Part shown: positions 1 to 11,558 of the stretch, piece by piece | Numbering within the stretch: position 1 is the stretch's first letter | Layout: each line of letters begins with the position of its first letter | From: Gammaproteobacteria bacterium | GTDB lineage: Bacteria > Pseudomonadota > Gammaproteobacteria > Arenicellales > Poriferihabitantaceae | Direction of reading: 5' to 3' | Length of the DNA stretch: 64,000 nt | Assembly (NCBI GenBank): GCA_011523765.1 | Contig: WTGA01000163.1 | Span: forward strand, 9,100-73,099 | Notes under the pieces: generated by a model | Seen by the model: the letters and a program-made list of their open reading frames with translations, nothing else | The model's database searches: none | What the model was told of the DNA's origin: nothing | Translations under genes and position numbers: made by a program

Positions 1-747
1 TACACCCTTGAATCGAACCGTCATATTTTTTGCCGTCCCGGTTCCGGTACTGTGGTCCAGCTCAATTTCCTCGGCTTCCAGTCTGACATCATTGTTGCCT
101 TCCACGCAGGTTGTCAGGCTGGCATTTCGAAGCAGTTCGTAGTCCGTTCCCTCGAAATCGGCGCTCTCAGCTTCCGCCCTGGCCCGGATGTAGACCGCCC
201 GCCCGTCCGTCGCAGCCGGTCGGTCGGTATCCGTTTCGCCACGGAGCGAGGATGCAAAAAAGGATCGGTCTTCAAAAAAGCCCGCCTGTTCCCTGCTGGC
301 GTAAAGTGGTGTTCTGCCGGCAATTCTGACCTGCACATTCTGTGCAGTACCGGTAAACGTATCGGGCTCCATCTGCATGGACTCCGCGCTGATTTCATCG
401 CCGTGAGAGGTATAGAGCCTGACATTTCCCTTCACTTCGGCCCGGTAGGTATCGCGGTTATAGATGATTTCATCGGCGTACACCCCTCGGCTTCCCTGAA
501 TGATCGTCGTATTGCCGGCCATATGTAGTACTTCCTTGTCCAGCAACTCGTAGGTATCCGCATTCATCCTGACCGGCAACAAATTCGGGTCTCCGGCCGT
601 CGCGGCCTGTAAACCGTCCGGGACCTCAATCAATGCAGGCGGGCACGAAACCAGGCTGTCAATACCCACATCGTGATTGTTGCTCTGTGCATGCAATCCG
701 GTGCATGAGAGCGTGAAAAACAGTGCCGCCGCAATGCGGGTCAGCAT
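1..747 (-). CDS. lptD: LPS-assembly protein LptD, N-terminal part (gene continues beyond window start)
   Basis: This gene is not in the ORF track because it runs off the window edge. My reverse-strand translation from the ATG at 747 gives MLTRIAAALFFTLSCTGLHAQ (signal peptide). This is followed by an OstA-type N-domain pattern (LPVRMNADTYELLDKEVLHMAGNTTIIQGSRGVYADEIIY..AEVKGNVRLY; ..LTTCVEGNNDVRLEAEEIELDH). There are 249 codons with no stop down to position 1. Confidence 0.8.
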   Translation of the reverse strand, partial: MLTRIAAALFFTLSCTGLHAQSNNHDVGIDSLVSCPPALIEVPDGLQAATAGDPNLLPVRMNADTYELLDKEVLHMAGNTTIIQGSRGVYADEIIYNRDTYRAEVKGNVRLYTSHGDEISAESMQMEPDTFTGTAQNVQVRIAGRTPLYASREQAGFFEDRSFFASSLRGETDTDRPAATDGRAVYIRARAEAESADFEGTDYELLRNASLTTCVEGNNDVRLEAEEIELDHSTGTGTAKNMTVRFKGV

Positions 748-887
748 ACGCCTGGTCTTGTATTGGGGCCCAGCAGCATTGTCGATTTTGCTTTCACCTC
801 GAGAACCTCGAACAGTTGACGATTATAGGAGGTTTGATGGTTATAATCCATGCATCCCAATAATGATCGGTTTACGAGACAGTCAGG

Positions 888-1553
888 ATGGACGCAATGA
901 TATTGGCTGCGGGACGGGGAGAGCGGTTGCGCCCGGTCACGCTCTCGACCCCCAAAGCACTGGTGCGTGTGAAAGGAAAACCCCTGATTGAATACCAGCT
1001 TGAGAAACTGGCGTCATCCGGTTTTAGGCATGTTGTGATAAATATTTCCTATCTTGCTGATAATATTGTTGATTATTTGGGAGATGGACGTCACTACGGG
1101 GTCGATATCAGTTACTCCAGAGAGCCGGACGGGCCTTATGGAACCGGCGGAGGCATCGTCAACGCCCTGGAATTCTTGCAGGGAGACCGGTTTCTCGTTG
1201 TGAACACGGATGTCTATTCTGATATTGACTTTGGAACAATCCGGATTGACCGGCCGTTTTCTGCCAAGTTGATCCTGGTGGACAATCCTGCACACAACGA
1301 GCGGGGGGACTTTAGTGTGGCCAACGGCATGGTCACCGTACCCGGGGCACCCGCCTCCACTTTCACCTTTTCAGGGGTGGGGTGTTACCGGCGCAGGTTG
1401 TTTGAGGGGCGTTCCCCGGGGTTCACGAAACTAACGGAAATCCTGCAGGAGGGAATCGGGAAAGGAATGATTGCGGCGGAGGTTCACTCCGGCTTCTGGA
1501 TGGATATCGGCACAACCGAACGGCTGGGACTGGCCAATTCATTGCCCGACTGA
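888..1553 (+). CDS. murU: Sugar-1-phosphate nucleotidyltransferase, MurU-like (N-acetylmuramate-1-P uridylyltransferase family)
   Basis: The N-terminus MILAAGRGERLRPVTLSTPKALV carries the nucleotidyltransferase G-x-G-x-R motif. The gene is divergent from lptD, as murU is in Pseudomonas-type loci. No amgK partner is present. Confidence 0.7.
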   Translation: MDAMILAAGRGERLRPVTLSTPKALVRVKGKPLIEYQLEKLASSGFRHVVINISYLADNIVDYLGDGRHYGVDISYSREPDGPYGTGGGIVNALEFLQGDRFLVVNTDVYSDIDFGTIRIDRPFSAKLILVDNPAHNERGDFSVANGMVTVPGAPASTFTFSGVGCYRRRLFEGRSPGFTKLTEILQEGIGKGMIAAEVHSGFWMDIGTTERLGLANSLPD

Positions 1554-1563
1554 ACCGGGTGCC

Positions 1564-2166
1564 CTAAAATGCACGGCTGATGGCCAACCTGAATTGGTCC
1601 TGGACTTGGTCAAAACATCCGATGGAAGCGTGGTCGGCCAGCTGGGTTACCTCCAGCCCGGTGAAACCGCAGGGATCAATCCAACCGAAGGGTTGCAGGT
1701 TCATATCGACATTCAGGCTGAGTCCATGGTATGTACAGCCCCGGGAAATCCTTAACCCCAGTGCGCCGATCTTGGCTCCGTTGACGTAGACCCCCGGTGC
1801 ACCGGGTTTGTGGTGTGCATCCAGATCATACCCCTGGAGAAATTGGACCAGAAACTGCTGGATGCGATTCACCACTGCTTTGGGGCCGCTGTGACGGCGT
1901 TTCAGGTCCAACAACAGATAGGCGATGAGTTGGCCCGGACCATGGTATGTCATCTGCCCTCCCCGGTCAGAATGCACGACGGGGACCGATCCGGCATCCG
2001 GTTCCGGCCAGTCACGGCAACTGGTTCCCTGGGTGTACACCGCGTGGTGCTGCAGGAGCCAGATCTCATCGTCGGTCTGGTCATCCCGCTTCCGGGTGAA
2101 CCGGATCATCCGTTGCCAGATGTCCGTATAATCGCACAGACCGAATTCCCGTACCACCAGCGACAT
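1564..2166 (-). CDS. lipB: Octanoyltransferase LipB
   Basis: The 200-aa product contains HDRGGQ-like SDRGGQMTYHGPGQL and GALGLRISRGCTYHGLSLNV motifs. Its start overlaps the ybeD stop (TGATG). Confidence 0.9.
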   Translation of the reverse strand: MSLVVREFGLCDYTDIWQRMIRFTRKRDDQTDDEIWLLQHHAVYTQGTSCRDWPEPDAGSVPVVHSDRGGQMTYHGPGQLIAYLLLDLKRRHSGPKAVVNRIQQFLVQFLQGYDLDAHHKPGAPGVYVNGAKIGALGLRISRGCTYHGLSLNVDMNLQPFGWIDPCGFTGLEVTQLADHASIGCFDQVQDQFRLAISRAF

Positions 2167-2438
2167 CAGATCACCATTACGATATCCGGGTGAGCGGTCA
2201 GGTCCTGATACAGGCGGTCCATCTGCTGCTTGTTCGATGCTCTGACCCGGCAGCTCAGGGACTGGTACTTCCCACCCCCGCTGATCCGGTCTGAAATTCG
2301 AATCAGGTCTCTCATGCCGACATGTTGCAGGACCACTCCACGGACCAGGGAGAAGTTATCTTCACCTGTTCTCAAAAATATTTTGATATCCAGTGTGCAG
2401 GGAAAGGTCAAGCCTTCCGGGAGGGAATGGTCAGACAA
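2166..2438 (-). CDS. ybeD: YbeD/DUF493 family protein
   Basis: This 90-aa protein sits between dacC and lipB, the conserved ybeD position. Confidence 0.8.
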   Translation of the reverse strand: MSDHSLPEGLTFPCTLDIKIFLRTGEDNFSLVRGVVLQHVGMRDLIRISDRISGGGKYQSLSCRVRASNKQQMDRLYQDLTAHPDIVMVI

Positions 2439-2531
2439 CGGTATTCGGGACCCCGCTTGTCCCCGGGCTGACCGGCGGCACGGCCCGTCGTACTGATTTG
2501 GCTGCAGGGAAAACGCCGGAACCCTTTTTCA

Positions 2532-3734
2532 TCAATATGTCCTTTTCCTTAAATGATCCAGAATCCGGGAAAACCACGATCCTTCCCGATAGGTCTCGTT
2601 GACATGCAGGGTCCCGCGGTGCACGGGCTCTCCGTCGAATGCCAGCTGGAAGTGGCCGACCATGGTATCGGCTGACAGGGGAGCTTCCAGACTGTCAGGC
2701 AGTTCCAGCGTCGCGGACAATCTGTTCTCCTGGCCTGTGGGAACGATGATCTGGACATCCTGATTGACACCGATCGAGGCCTGGGGAGTTTCGCCCATCC
2801 ACAATCGCAATGATTTGATTTGCGCACCCTGTTTGAAAACCGTCGCCCTCTCATAGGCGTCATACCCAAACCGGAGCAATGACTGGACCTGATCGGCTCT
2901 GAGCGTCTTGCTTGTTGAACCCACGACTGCTGCAAGCAACCGTACATCATCCCGCACCGCGGTGCCGATCAGGCAATAACCCGCCTTTTTCGTATAACCG
3001 GTTTTGATGCCGTCAACCGTCGGGTCTCGCCCCAACAGCAGGTTCCGGTTGTGCTGGGTAATCTCATTATAGGTGTATTCACGCTCTGAATAATAGCGAT
3101 ACAAATCCGGAAACCTGCGAATCAGTGAAGCGGAAAGAAGGACCATGTCCGCCGCGGTACTGTAGTGGTTGTCGGCGGGCAATCCGTGGCTGTTGTGAAA
3201 ACGGGTGTTCACCATGCCAAGTTCCGCTGCCTTCTGGTTCATCCTTGCGGCAAATCCCTCTTCCGATCCGCTCAAATGCTCCGCCAGGGCCACCGCCGCA
3301 TCATTTCCGGACTGAATGATCAGTCCCTGGAGAAGTTCAACCACGCTGACTCGAGTATCCACCTGGACGAACATTCTGGAGCCCTCGGTCCGCCAGGCTT
3401 TTTCGCTGATATACACCTCGTCCTCAAGGGCCAGTGCTCCCGTCTCCAGCGCTTCAAAAACCAGGTAACTGGTCATGAGCTTGGTCAGGCTTGCAGGTTC
3501 AATCCGGTTGTCTGCATTGTGGCCGCCCAGTATCCACCCGGTATCATAATCCACCAGTATCCAGCCTCCCGCCTCGATTTCCGGAAACGTTGCCGGGGCC
3601 TGAATGATTTCCGGAACCGGGGTCAGTTCCGCAAGCGCCGGAAACGGATTGCAGAGTATCAGCACGAAAACAATCGGAATTCGCCAGATCTTTGCGGGCA
3701 ACATTGCAGAGAGCGTGAGTTTTTTCGGGTACAT
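2532..3734 (-). CDS. dacC: D-alanyl-D-alanine carboxypeptidase (PBP5/6 class)
   Basis: The product has a signal peptide plus the SLTKLMT (SxxK), SGND (SxN) and KTGYT (KTG) motifs. Confidence 0.9.
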   Translation of the reverse strand: MYPKKLTLSAMLPAKIWRIPIVFVLILCNPFPALAELTPVPEIIQAPATFPEIEAGGWILVDYDTGWILGGHNADNRIEPASLTKLMTSYLVFEALETGALALEDEVYISEKAWRTEGSRMFVQVDTRVSVVELLQGLIIQSGNDAAVALAEHLSGSEEGFAARMNQKAAELGMVNTRFHNSHGLPADNHYSTAADMVLLSASLIRRFPDLYRYYSEREYTYNEITQHNRNLLLGRDPTVDGIKTGYTKKAGYCLIGTAVRDDVRLLAAVVGSTSKTLRADQVQSLLRFGYDAYERATVFKQGAQIKSLRLWMGETPQASIGVNQDVQIIVPTGQENRLSATLELPDSLEAPLSADTMVGHFQLAFDGEPVHRGTLHVNETYREGSWFSRILDHLRKRTY

Positions 3735-3759
3735 GAATCAGCAGAATACGAATTGGGGA

Positions 3760-4602
3760 TTATTTCTCTGTCACAAGCAGGAGTACCTCGCCGAGCAGGT
3801 TTTCCAGCTTTTGTTGGGATTGCAGTGCCCGGTCCAGTGACTGGAAAGGCCCGACCCGAACCCGGTAGGGAATTCCACCCCCCAGATGCTGCCGGTTGCT
3901 CTCGGGAAACAACCGGTAGCCCTGGTTCCTGATCCAATCCCGCATTTCCAGCGAATTTTCACTGTTCACAAAGGACCCGGTCTGCACATAGTAAAGCGGC
4001 CGTTGCCCCGATGAATGCGTCTTCGCACTGCTTGCCGGAACCGGGCCGGACGCATGGCCGGAGGCATCCAGCGCCCGGATGGTCACCCTGCCGACCCCTT
4101 TGTCCGCAATTCCGATCTTGTGTGCCGCCGCATAGGAAAGATCAATGATTCGGTTGTGCAGAAATGGACCACGGTCATTCACTTTCACAACGATCCGCTT
4201 GCCGGTCTCAAGACTGGTCACTTCGACATAAGTGGGCAATGGCAGCACAGGATGGGCCGCGGTCATGGCCCACATGTCATAGGGTTCACCGCTCGATGTC
4301 CGGCGTCCATGAAACTTCGTTCCATACCATGAGGCCATGCCCGTCTGTGTAAATCCGGCCGAAGATTTCAGGGGGATGTATTTCTTGCCAAAAACGACGT
4401 AGGGCTTGTTGCCGGTCCGGCTGGGCAACTCCGCCTTTGGGACCGCATCCGGTATCTTGCTGAAATCCCGATGCTTGCCCGCAGGAGCACTGTCACCCCC
4501 ATAATAACCACGGTCCTTGGATTTTTTCCCACCGCAACCGATGAGCAGAAACAGGGACAAAATACTGACCAGCCAGAACCGAAGATTCAGGGGTTCACTC
4601 AT
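3760..4602 (-). CDS. rlpA: Septal ring lytic transglycosylase RlpA (lipoprotein, DPBB + C-terminal SPOR domain)
   Basis: It has a lipobox (LLIGC) and a DPBB core (ASWYG..FHGRRTSSGE.YD...TAAH..LPLP..V.VT). The C-terminal region (YVQTGSF..R.G.Y) is SPOR-like. Confidence 0.9.
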   Translation of the reverse strand: MSEPLNLRFWLVSILSLFLLIGCGGKKSKDRGYYGGDSAPAGKHRDFSKIPDAVPKAELPSRTGNKPYVVFGKKYIPLKSSAGFTQTGMASWYGTKFHGRRTSSGEPYDMWAMTAAHPVLPLPTYVEVTSLETGKRIVVKVNDRGPFLHNRIIDLSYAAAHKIGIADKGVGRVTIRALDASGHASGPVPASSAKTHSSGQRPLYYVQTGSFVNSENSLEMRDWIRNQGYRLFPESNRQHLGGGIPYRVRVGPFQSLDRALQSQQKLENLLGEVLLLVTEK

Positions 4603-5614
4603 GGTTTGCCCGGTGAATCGCTTCGGCCAATTCGGTCACGGCCATGGCATAGTTGACGCTGGGGTTGTACCGCGTAATTGCATAAAAGTTTTTAAAGCCG
4701 ACAATATGCCGATTCCCGTTTTCCTCCTTCAAGGCAAGCAGAGCAACTTTTTCGCTGCTGAGCTCGGTATCGAACAGGATACCCGCCGCAAACAAATCCT
4801 CCCTTTTCACGGTTGGCTTTGCTTTCCTGGTGACAAATCCTGCAGCGGCTTCGGACAACGGCCCGGTCACTTTGGCATAAATGGTCTGGCTTCTCTCCCA
4901 GCCATGGGATTTCAGGTAATTCGCAACGCTGCCGATGGCATCCCCAAACTCATTCACCAGGTCACGCCGGCCATTGCCGTTGAAATCCACGGCATAGGCT
5001 TCATAACTCGACGGCATGAATTGCGGAATCCCGATCGCGCCGGCAAATGAGCCCATCACCGAGGTGGGGTCAATCTTTTCTCTTCTCGTGGAATTGAGGA
5101 ATGTGCGGAGTTCGGAAGTAAAAAAGGGACTCCGACGGGGGTATTCCGCCGACAGTGTGACCAGGCTGTCCAGCACCCTCTTCCCCCCCATTCGCGTTCC
5201 ATAGTGGGTTTCAACACCAATCAGCGCCGCGATCAGCACCGCTGAGACACCAAATTTCCGGTTCGCTTCTTCCAGGATGCGTTGGTGGGTATTGAAAAAC
5301 CTGACACCCTTGTCGATTCGATTCTGGTTGATAAAGATTTTGCGGTACTTGTACCAGGGCAATGACTCGTACTGACGATCCATCAAGTCCAGGGTGCTTT
5401 CATCGATATTGGCCGTATTGAGCACGCCTTGAAGTTCGGCCAGCGGATATCCGTCCTCTGAAACCATGGTTTGAATCAGCTCTTTGAGCACCGGATACTT
5501 ATCGTAGTCCACCGCATTGGCCTGGAGCGGACAGAGCAAAGCAAAAATGAGCAAGGCACGCGCAACACTGGACAAAGACACCGGCGTTCTCTTCGATATT
5601 ATCCCGTTTCCCAT
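4595..5614 (-). CDS. mltB: Lytic murein transglycosylase B
   Basis: The MltB-type sequence includes ALIGVETHYG and GAIGIPQFMPSSY. I chose the ATG at 5614, which has a GAGGGG SD and lies just after the rodA stop, rather than the track start at 5653. Confidence 0.85.
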   Translation of the reverse strand: MGNGIISKRTPVSLSSVARALLIFALLCPLQANAVDYDKYPVLKELIQTMVSEDGYPLAELQGVLNTANIDESTLDLMDRQYESLPWYKYRKIFINQNRIDKGVRFFNTHQRILEEANRKFGVSAVLIAALIGVETHYGTRMGGKRVLDSLVTLSAEYPRRSPFFTSELRTFLNSTRREKIDPTSVMGSFAGAIGIPQFMPSSYEAYAVDFNGNGRRDLVNEFGDAIGSVANYLKSHGWERSQTIYAKVTGPLSEAAAGFVTRKAKPTVKREDLFAAGILFDTELSSEKVALLALKEENGNRHIVGFKNFYAITRYNPSVNYAMAVTELAEAIHRANHE

Positions 5615-5627
5615 TATCCTGTTCCCC

Positions 5628-6710
5628 TCAGGGTATTTTTTTGCTGCGGGCAATGCTCATGAGAATTCCAAACCCGATCATGAGCGTCACCATGGAACTG
5701 CCGCCATAACTCATGAGCGGCAGCGGAACGCCGACAACCGGCAGAATTCCGGCCACCATCCCGATATTGACAAAGACATAAAAGAAATAGGTGGCCGACA
5801 GGCCGCCCGCCAGCAGTCGTGAATAGGTATTCTGTGCATAAAACGCGATCATCAGCCCCCTGAAAACCAGGAAAAGATACAACATCAGCAATACTACCAC
5901 CCCGATCAGTCCAAACTCTTCCGCAAAAACTGAAAAAATAAAATCCGTGCTTCGTTCCGGAATGAACTCCAGCTGGGACTGGGTGCCGGACAACCACCCC
6001 TTCCCCTGAAAACCGCCTGAACCAATCGCAATAATCGACTGGATTATATGATAACCCGCTCCCAGCGGGTCGGCCCACGGATCAAACAGGGTCAATACCC
6101 GGCTGCGCTGATAGTCATGCAACACAAATACCCACATTGCGGGAGCAATGATCGAGATCGCAAACAGGGCGGCAAAAATAAGTTTCCATCCGATACCGGA
6201 CAGGAAAATAACGGTGATGCCGGTCATGGCGATGAGGATCGCCGTCCCCAGATCAGGCTGGAGAATCACCAGCACGGTGGGCAGCAGGACGACCAGGATG
6301 CCCAGAAAAATGGAGAGGGGTTTTGGAGGCAGCGAGGTCCGGGCCAGAATCCATGCAATCATCATCGGGATTGCAATTCTCATGATTTCAGATGGCTGAA
6401 ATCTGAAGAATCCAAGATCCAGCCAGCGCTGTGCGCCTTTGCCGATAATACCAATGGCCAGCACGACCATGAGCAGGATCAATCCGGTCAGGTAAACATG
6501 TGGTGACCACTGCAACAGGACCCGGGGCGGGATCCGGGCAAAAATGACCAGCAGAACCAGCCCAAATCCAAAACGAATGCCATGCTTCATGATCCGGTCC
6601 ATATCCTCCCCGCTGGCACTGTAAAGAATCACCAGGCTCAGGCCGAACAACATCAGTACCACGCTGAAAAGTGGCAGGTCAATGTAGGGAGGATTCGTGT
6701 CTGTACGCAT
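5628..6710 (-). CDS. rodA: Peptidoglycan glycosyltransferase RodA (SEDS family)
   Basis: This polytopic FtsW/RodA/SpoVE-type protein lies downstream of mrdA. Confidence 0.95.
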   Translation of the reverse strand: MRTDTNPPYIDLPLFSVVLMLFGLSLVILYSASGEDMDRIMKHGIRFGFGLVLLVIFARIPPRVLLQWSPHVYLTGLILLMVVLAIGIIGKGAQRWLDLGFFRFQPSEIMRIAIPMMIAWILARTSLPPKPLSIFLGILVVLLPTVLVILQPDLGTAILIAMTGITVIFLSGIGWKLIFAALFAISIIAPAMWVFVLHDYQRSRVLTLFDPWADPLGAGYHIIQSIIAIGSGGFQGKGWLSGTQSQLEFIPERSTDFIFSVFAEEFGLIGVVVLLMLYLFLVFRGLMIAFYAQNTYSRLLAGGLSATYFFYVFVNIGMVAGILPVVGVPLPLMSYGGSSMVTLMIGFGILMSIARSKKIP

Positions 6711-6728
6711 ACGTCCTGTCTTTGTGAA

Positions 6729-8612
6729 TCAGCTCTGGAGCACGGCAGCTTGTGGTGCCCCATCCTGTTTTTCAATAATTCCCAGTCGGTCAATCAGATA
6801 ATAATCCAATAATTTCCTTGCAATGGGTGCCGCGGTCTTGCTGCCGCTGCCGGCATGTTCAACAATGACGGCAATGGCAATCTTCGGGTCATCCAGGGGG
6901 GCAAAACCGATAAACAGGGAGTGGTCCCTGAATTTCTTCTCGACGTTTTGTTCATCATATTCCTCATCTTGAGCAATGCTTTTTACCTGCGCTGTCCCGG
7001 TTTTCCCAGCCATGTCATACGGAATATCCTTCCCGATTCCCCGTGCAGTGCCGGTCGGTCCGTGCACCACATCCCGCATACTCTGGATCACCGGGTCATA
7101 GAGCGTTTCCGGTTTCAGACCGACCGGCTCGACGATGGGAGGAATGGTTTCCCGTGACTCGCTTTGCGGGTGTTCGATCTCAGACAGGAGTTTCGGCGTG
7201 GCCTTGTTTCCTCTGTTTGCCAGCGTTGCGGTGGTGCTGGCCAATTGCAACGGTGTGACCAGCATGTAGCCCTGGCCGATCCCGGTAATCACGGTTTCTC
7301 CCGGAAACCAGGGCTGGCCCCGTACCCGTGTCTTCCATTCGCGGGAGGGCATCAGACCGGTCGGCTCACCGATCAGGTCTATCCCGGTTTGCTCACCGAA
7401 ACCGAATCGGGTCATTCCTTCATGCATCCGGTCGATTCCAAGCAAACGGGCCAACTTGTAGAAATACACGTCGCAGGATTGAACGATCGCCTGGTGGCCA
7501 TCCACGTTTCCATGACCGAATTTGTTCCAGCATCGGTATCGATGCGTATCTCCCGGCAGGCTGTACCACCCGGGACAGTGACTCCGCCTGTTGAAGGAAA
7601 TCTGGTTTTCCATCCCCACCAGGGACAGGAATCCCTTGATGGTGGACCCCGGCGCATAGCGCCCGTACAAGGCCCGGTTGAGCAACGGTTTGGTCGGTGA
7701 TGACCGCAGCGCGGAATACTCGGTTTCACTGATTCCGTTGACAAAAGGATTGGGGTCATAGGTTGGAACGCTGGCAAAGGCCAGCACTTCTCCACTGCCG
7801 GGTTCGATCGCGACCACCGCCCCTTCATAGCCCTCCAGGGCTTCCATGCTTTTCTCCTGGAGCTTGATATCCAGGCTGAGATGGATGGTTTGTCCGGAAA
7901 CGGGGGAGATTTGCTCCAGCCTCCTGACGACACGACCATGGGCATTGGTTTCCACGCGCTCCACCCCGGGCCTTCCGAGCAAAGTGGTTTCGTAAAACGC
8001 CTCGACACCGCTTTTCCCGATATACTCCACTCCCTGGTACATCTGGCTGTCAATTTTGTCCAGGTCCTCCGGGCTGATTCGACCAGTGTAACCGACCAGG
8101 TGGGAAACCAGTTCACCTTGCGGATAGTGCCGTTGCAGGTGGGCGCGCAATTGAATCCCCGGATATTGATGCTGGTTGATGGAGAGGATGGACGATTCCT
8201 CCTCGTTGAGGTTGGCTTTCAAGGTCTGCCATTCAAACGGGGGCCGATTTTCCAGCAATTTTTGAAACCGGGTCAAATCGTTGTCCGTCAATTCGACAAG
8301 CTGCCTCAGCTCACTCAGCAGTTCATCCATGTTCTCCACTTTATCCGGCAGAATCTGAAGATTGTATCCATGGATATTCTGTGCCAGGATTTCACCATTT
8401 CGGTCGTAAATCAGGCCGCGGACGGGGGGAAGGGAAAACAGGTCGAACCGATTATTCTGTGCTAGCGTGGAATATTGTTCATGCTGGATCATCTGCAGGT
8501 AGAAGAGGCGCAGGAAAAGCACGGACATCAACAGGGCAATCAGCAAAAAAAACAGGACAATCCTGTTTTGAACGAGAGCACTTTCCCGAAGATAATCCCG
8601 GACCTGGGTCAT
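6729..8612 (-). CDS. mrdA: Penicillin-binding protein 2 (elongasome transpeptidase)
   Basis: It carries the GSTIKG (SxxK) and KTGTAQ motifs. I placed the start at the internal ATG (MTQVRDYL..) at 8612, which overlaps the mreD stop as TAATG. Confidence 0.95.
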   Translation of the reverse strand: MTQVRDYLRESALVQNRIVLFFLLIALLMSVLFLRLFYLQMIQHEQYSTLAQNNRFDLFSLPPVRGLIYDRNGEILAQNIHGYNLQILPDKVENMDELLSELRQLVELTDNDLTRFQKLLENRPPFEWQTLKANLNEEESSILSINQHQYPGIQLRAHLQRHYPQGELVSHLVGYTGRISPEDLDKIDSQMYQGVEYIGKSGVEAFYETTLLGRPGVERVETNAHGRVVRRLEQISPVSGQTIHLSLDIKLQEKSMEALEGYEGAVVAIEPGSGEVLAFASVPTYDPNPFVNGISETEYSALRSSPTKPLLNRALYGRYAPGSTIKGFLSLVGMENQISFNRRSHCPGWYSLPGDTHRYRCWNKFGHGNVDGHQAIVQSCDVYFYKLARLLGIDRMHEGMTRFGFGEQTGIDLIGEPTGLMPSREWKTRVRGQPWFPGETVITGIGQGYMLVTPLQLASTTATLANRGNKATPKLLSEIEHPQSESRETIPPIVEPVGLKPETLYDPVIQSMRDVVHGPTGTARGIGKDIPYDMAGKTGTAQVKSIAQDEEYDEQNVEKKFRDHSLFIGFAPLDDPKIAIAVIVEHAGSGSKTAAPIARKLLDYYLIDRLGIIEKQDGAPQAAVLQS

Positions 8613-9106
8613 TATCGGATTCCTACCCTGTGCCGCAACCCCCTGAGCAGGATATAGACAAGCGGCCATAACAGACAGGAAGCCAGTGCGGATTGCCAGT
8701 AAATCAGCTGTATTTCAATGTTGGCAGTCACGTAGTAAATCCATGCGGTGATTCCGATGTCGACCGAAGCGACCAGAAAAACCACGATGCATTGCTCCCA
8801 CAGTGCATACAGCCTGAGGTGCTGGTGGTCGGTAACGGCCACAAATGCCACGAATGCCTTGGCAACGGCATGCTGCCCGAACAATGCATAATAGAAAATA
8901 TCGAGGCCCAGGCCCGCCAGCCACCCCGTCCCCACACCGACCCGGTCCGGTACGGCGAGGCACCAGTAAAACAGGACCAACAGCACCCAATCCGGTTTCG
9001 CATACCGCATCCATTCGGGATAGTTGACGAGGTTCAACACATAGGCCAGCACAAAAGTAATGAATATGGCGAACGCAGGGGCTTTGGTCTGCCGCACTCT
9101 AGCCAT
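8612..9106 (-). CDS. mreD: Rod shape-determining protein MreD
   Basis: This small polytopic membrane protein follows mreC and overlaps it by 8 nt. Confidence 0.85.
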   Translation of the reverse strand: MARVRQTKAPAFAIFITFVLAYVLNLVNYPEWMRYAKPDWVLLVLFYWCLAVPDRVGVGTGWLAGLGLDIFYYALFGQHAVAKAFVAFVAVTDHQHLRLYALWEQCIVVFLVASVDIGITAWIYYVTANIEIQLIYWQSALASCLLWPLVYILLRGLRHRVGIR

Positions 9107-9938
9107 CGAGGTCGTCCAGGCGCGAAGAATCCTCCCGGTTCCACAACAGCAGCACCTCTTTGGTATGATTTATTTTGGCGGTGGTTTCTGCATGAACCGT
9201 CAGAAAAGCCTCGTTGGCATCGTCGATGATCTCGGTAATCTCGCCGACCCGGTATCCAATCGGAAATCTCCCCCCCAAACCCGAGGTGACCAGCTGGTCG
9301 CCGATCTGGATATCCGCCGTGCCGGTCAGAAACGGGGCCTTGATTGTCCCGGCAATCCCTGAACCCTGAACGATCGTCCGGAGTCCATTTCGCTGGACTT
9401 GTACCGGCAAACCATGACTCAGGTTGGTGATCAGGGTGATCACGCTGCGCCGGAGCCTGACTTCAGACACCTGGCCGAGTACTCCTTCCACGGTGACGGC
9501 CGCCTGTCCAAGGTAGACCCCGGATTCCAGCCCGCTGTTCACAACGAATTTGTGCGAAAGAGGGTCCAGGCCGACATCAATGATCTGTGTCAGCAACATC
9601 TTGTCCCTGGAGCGCCTGAAGCTCGACAACAGCGCGGAGAGCCGTTCGTTTTCGGCCACCAGCGTTTCGTATCTTTGCAACTGGGGTTCCAGAATGGCCT
9701 GTTTGTTCTGCAGTGTGACCAGTTCCTGGTACAGGCTGTCATCGGGATAGTACCGCTCCAGTGCCGTGACGGCCCACCCCGGCGCCTGCACAACCGACTC
9801 AAACGCGATATTCAGTACGGAAGTGAACGACCGGGCCGGTTGTACCAGGGTGCTTCGGTGGTCGACAATCATCAGCCCGATGGACAGTACAATCAGCAGG
9901 GAAAACCGGAAAAGGGGCGATATACGGTTGAACGTCAT
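9099..9938 (-). CDS. mreC: Rod shape-determining protein MreC
   Basis: It has an N-terminal TM segment, a coiled-coil (LVTLQNKQAILEPQLQRYETLVAENERL) and beta-barrel domains. It sits between mreB and mreD. Confidence 0.9.
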   Translation of the reverse strand: MTFNRISPLFRFSLLIVLSIGLMIVDHRSTLVQPARSFTSVLNIAFESVVQAPGWAVTALERYYPDDSLYQELVTLQNKQAILEPQLQRYETLVAENERLSALLSSFRRSRDKMLLTQIIDVGLDPLSHKFVVNSGLESGVYLGQAAVTVEGVLGQVSEVRLRRSVITLITNLSHGLPVQVQRNGLRTIVQGSGIAGTIKAPFLTGTADIQIGDQLVTSGLGGRFPIGYRVGEITEIIDDANEAFLTVHAETTAKINHTKEVLLLWNREDSSRLDDLDG

Positions 9939-10053
9939 GTCTCAAACCAAAAACGCCGGCCGGTTCAACCTGGAAAACTTCTCCACGCCACCCCTGCTTG
10001 TTCAGGGGATGGCGGTGAAACGGCAAGTCCCGTCCCGATCGGCCATTCGGAGG

Positions 10054-11184
<1,131 letters not shown>

Positions 11185-11254
11185 TCAACCTGTACAAAGC
11201 GGCGAGAAGTTGCTACATTTTCCGCCGTCGCCAAACCCGTACCGCAGTCATTAC

Positions 11255-11542
11255 ATGCCCCTGACCCCCAAAACCGTAGGCCATATTGCACGGTTGTCCC
11301 GACTGGAGATTGATGCACAGAAAACCGTATTCCATGCGGCACAACTCAATCACATCATGCAACTGGTAGACCAGATGAACCGGATTGACACCACGGGGAT
11401 TGAGCCCATGTCCCACCCCCAGGAGGCCGCCCTGAGAATGCGCGACGACGAAGTCTGTGCAGAAAATTGCCGGCAGCAGTACCAGTCTGTCGCCCCGGCC
11501 ACGCAGGACGGACTTTACCTCGTGCCAAAAGTGATCGAATAG
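11255..11542 (+). CDS. gatC: Asp/Glu-tRNA amidotransferase subunit C
   Basis: The 95-aa product from the ATG at 11255 (MPLTPKTVGHIARLSRLEI..) lies upstream of gatA and gatB. Confidence 0.9.
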   Translation: MPLTPKTVGHIARLSRLEIDAQKTVFHAAQLNHIMQLVDQMNRIDTTGIEPMSHPQEAALRMRDDEVCAENCRQQYQSVAPATQDGLYLVPKVIE

Positions 11543-11558
11543 GGGCTGAAAAGGATCC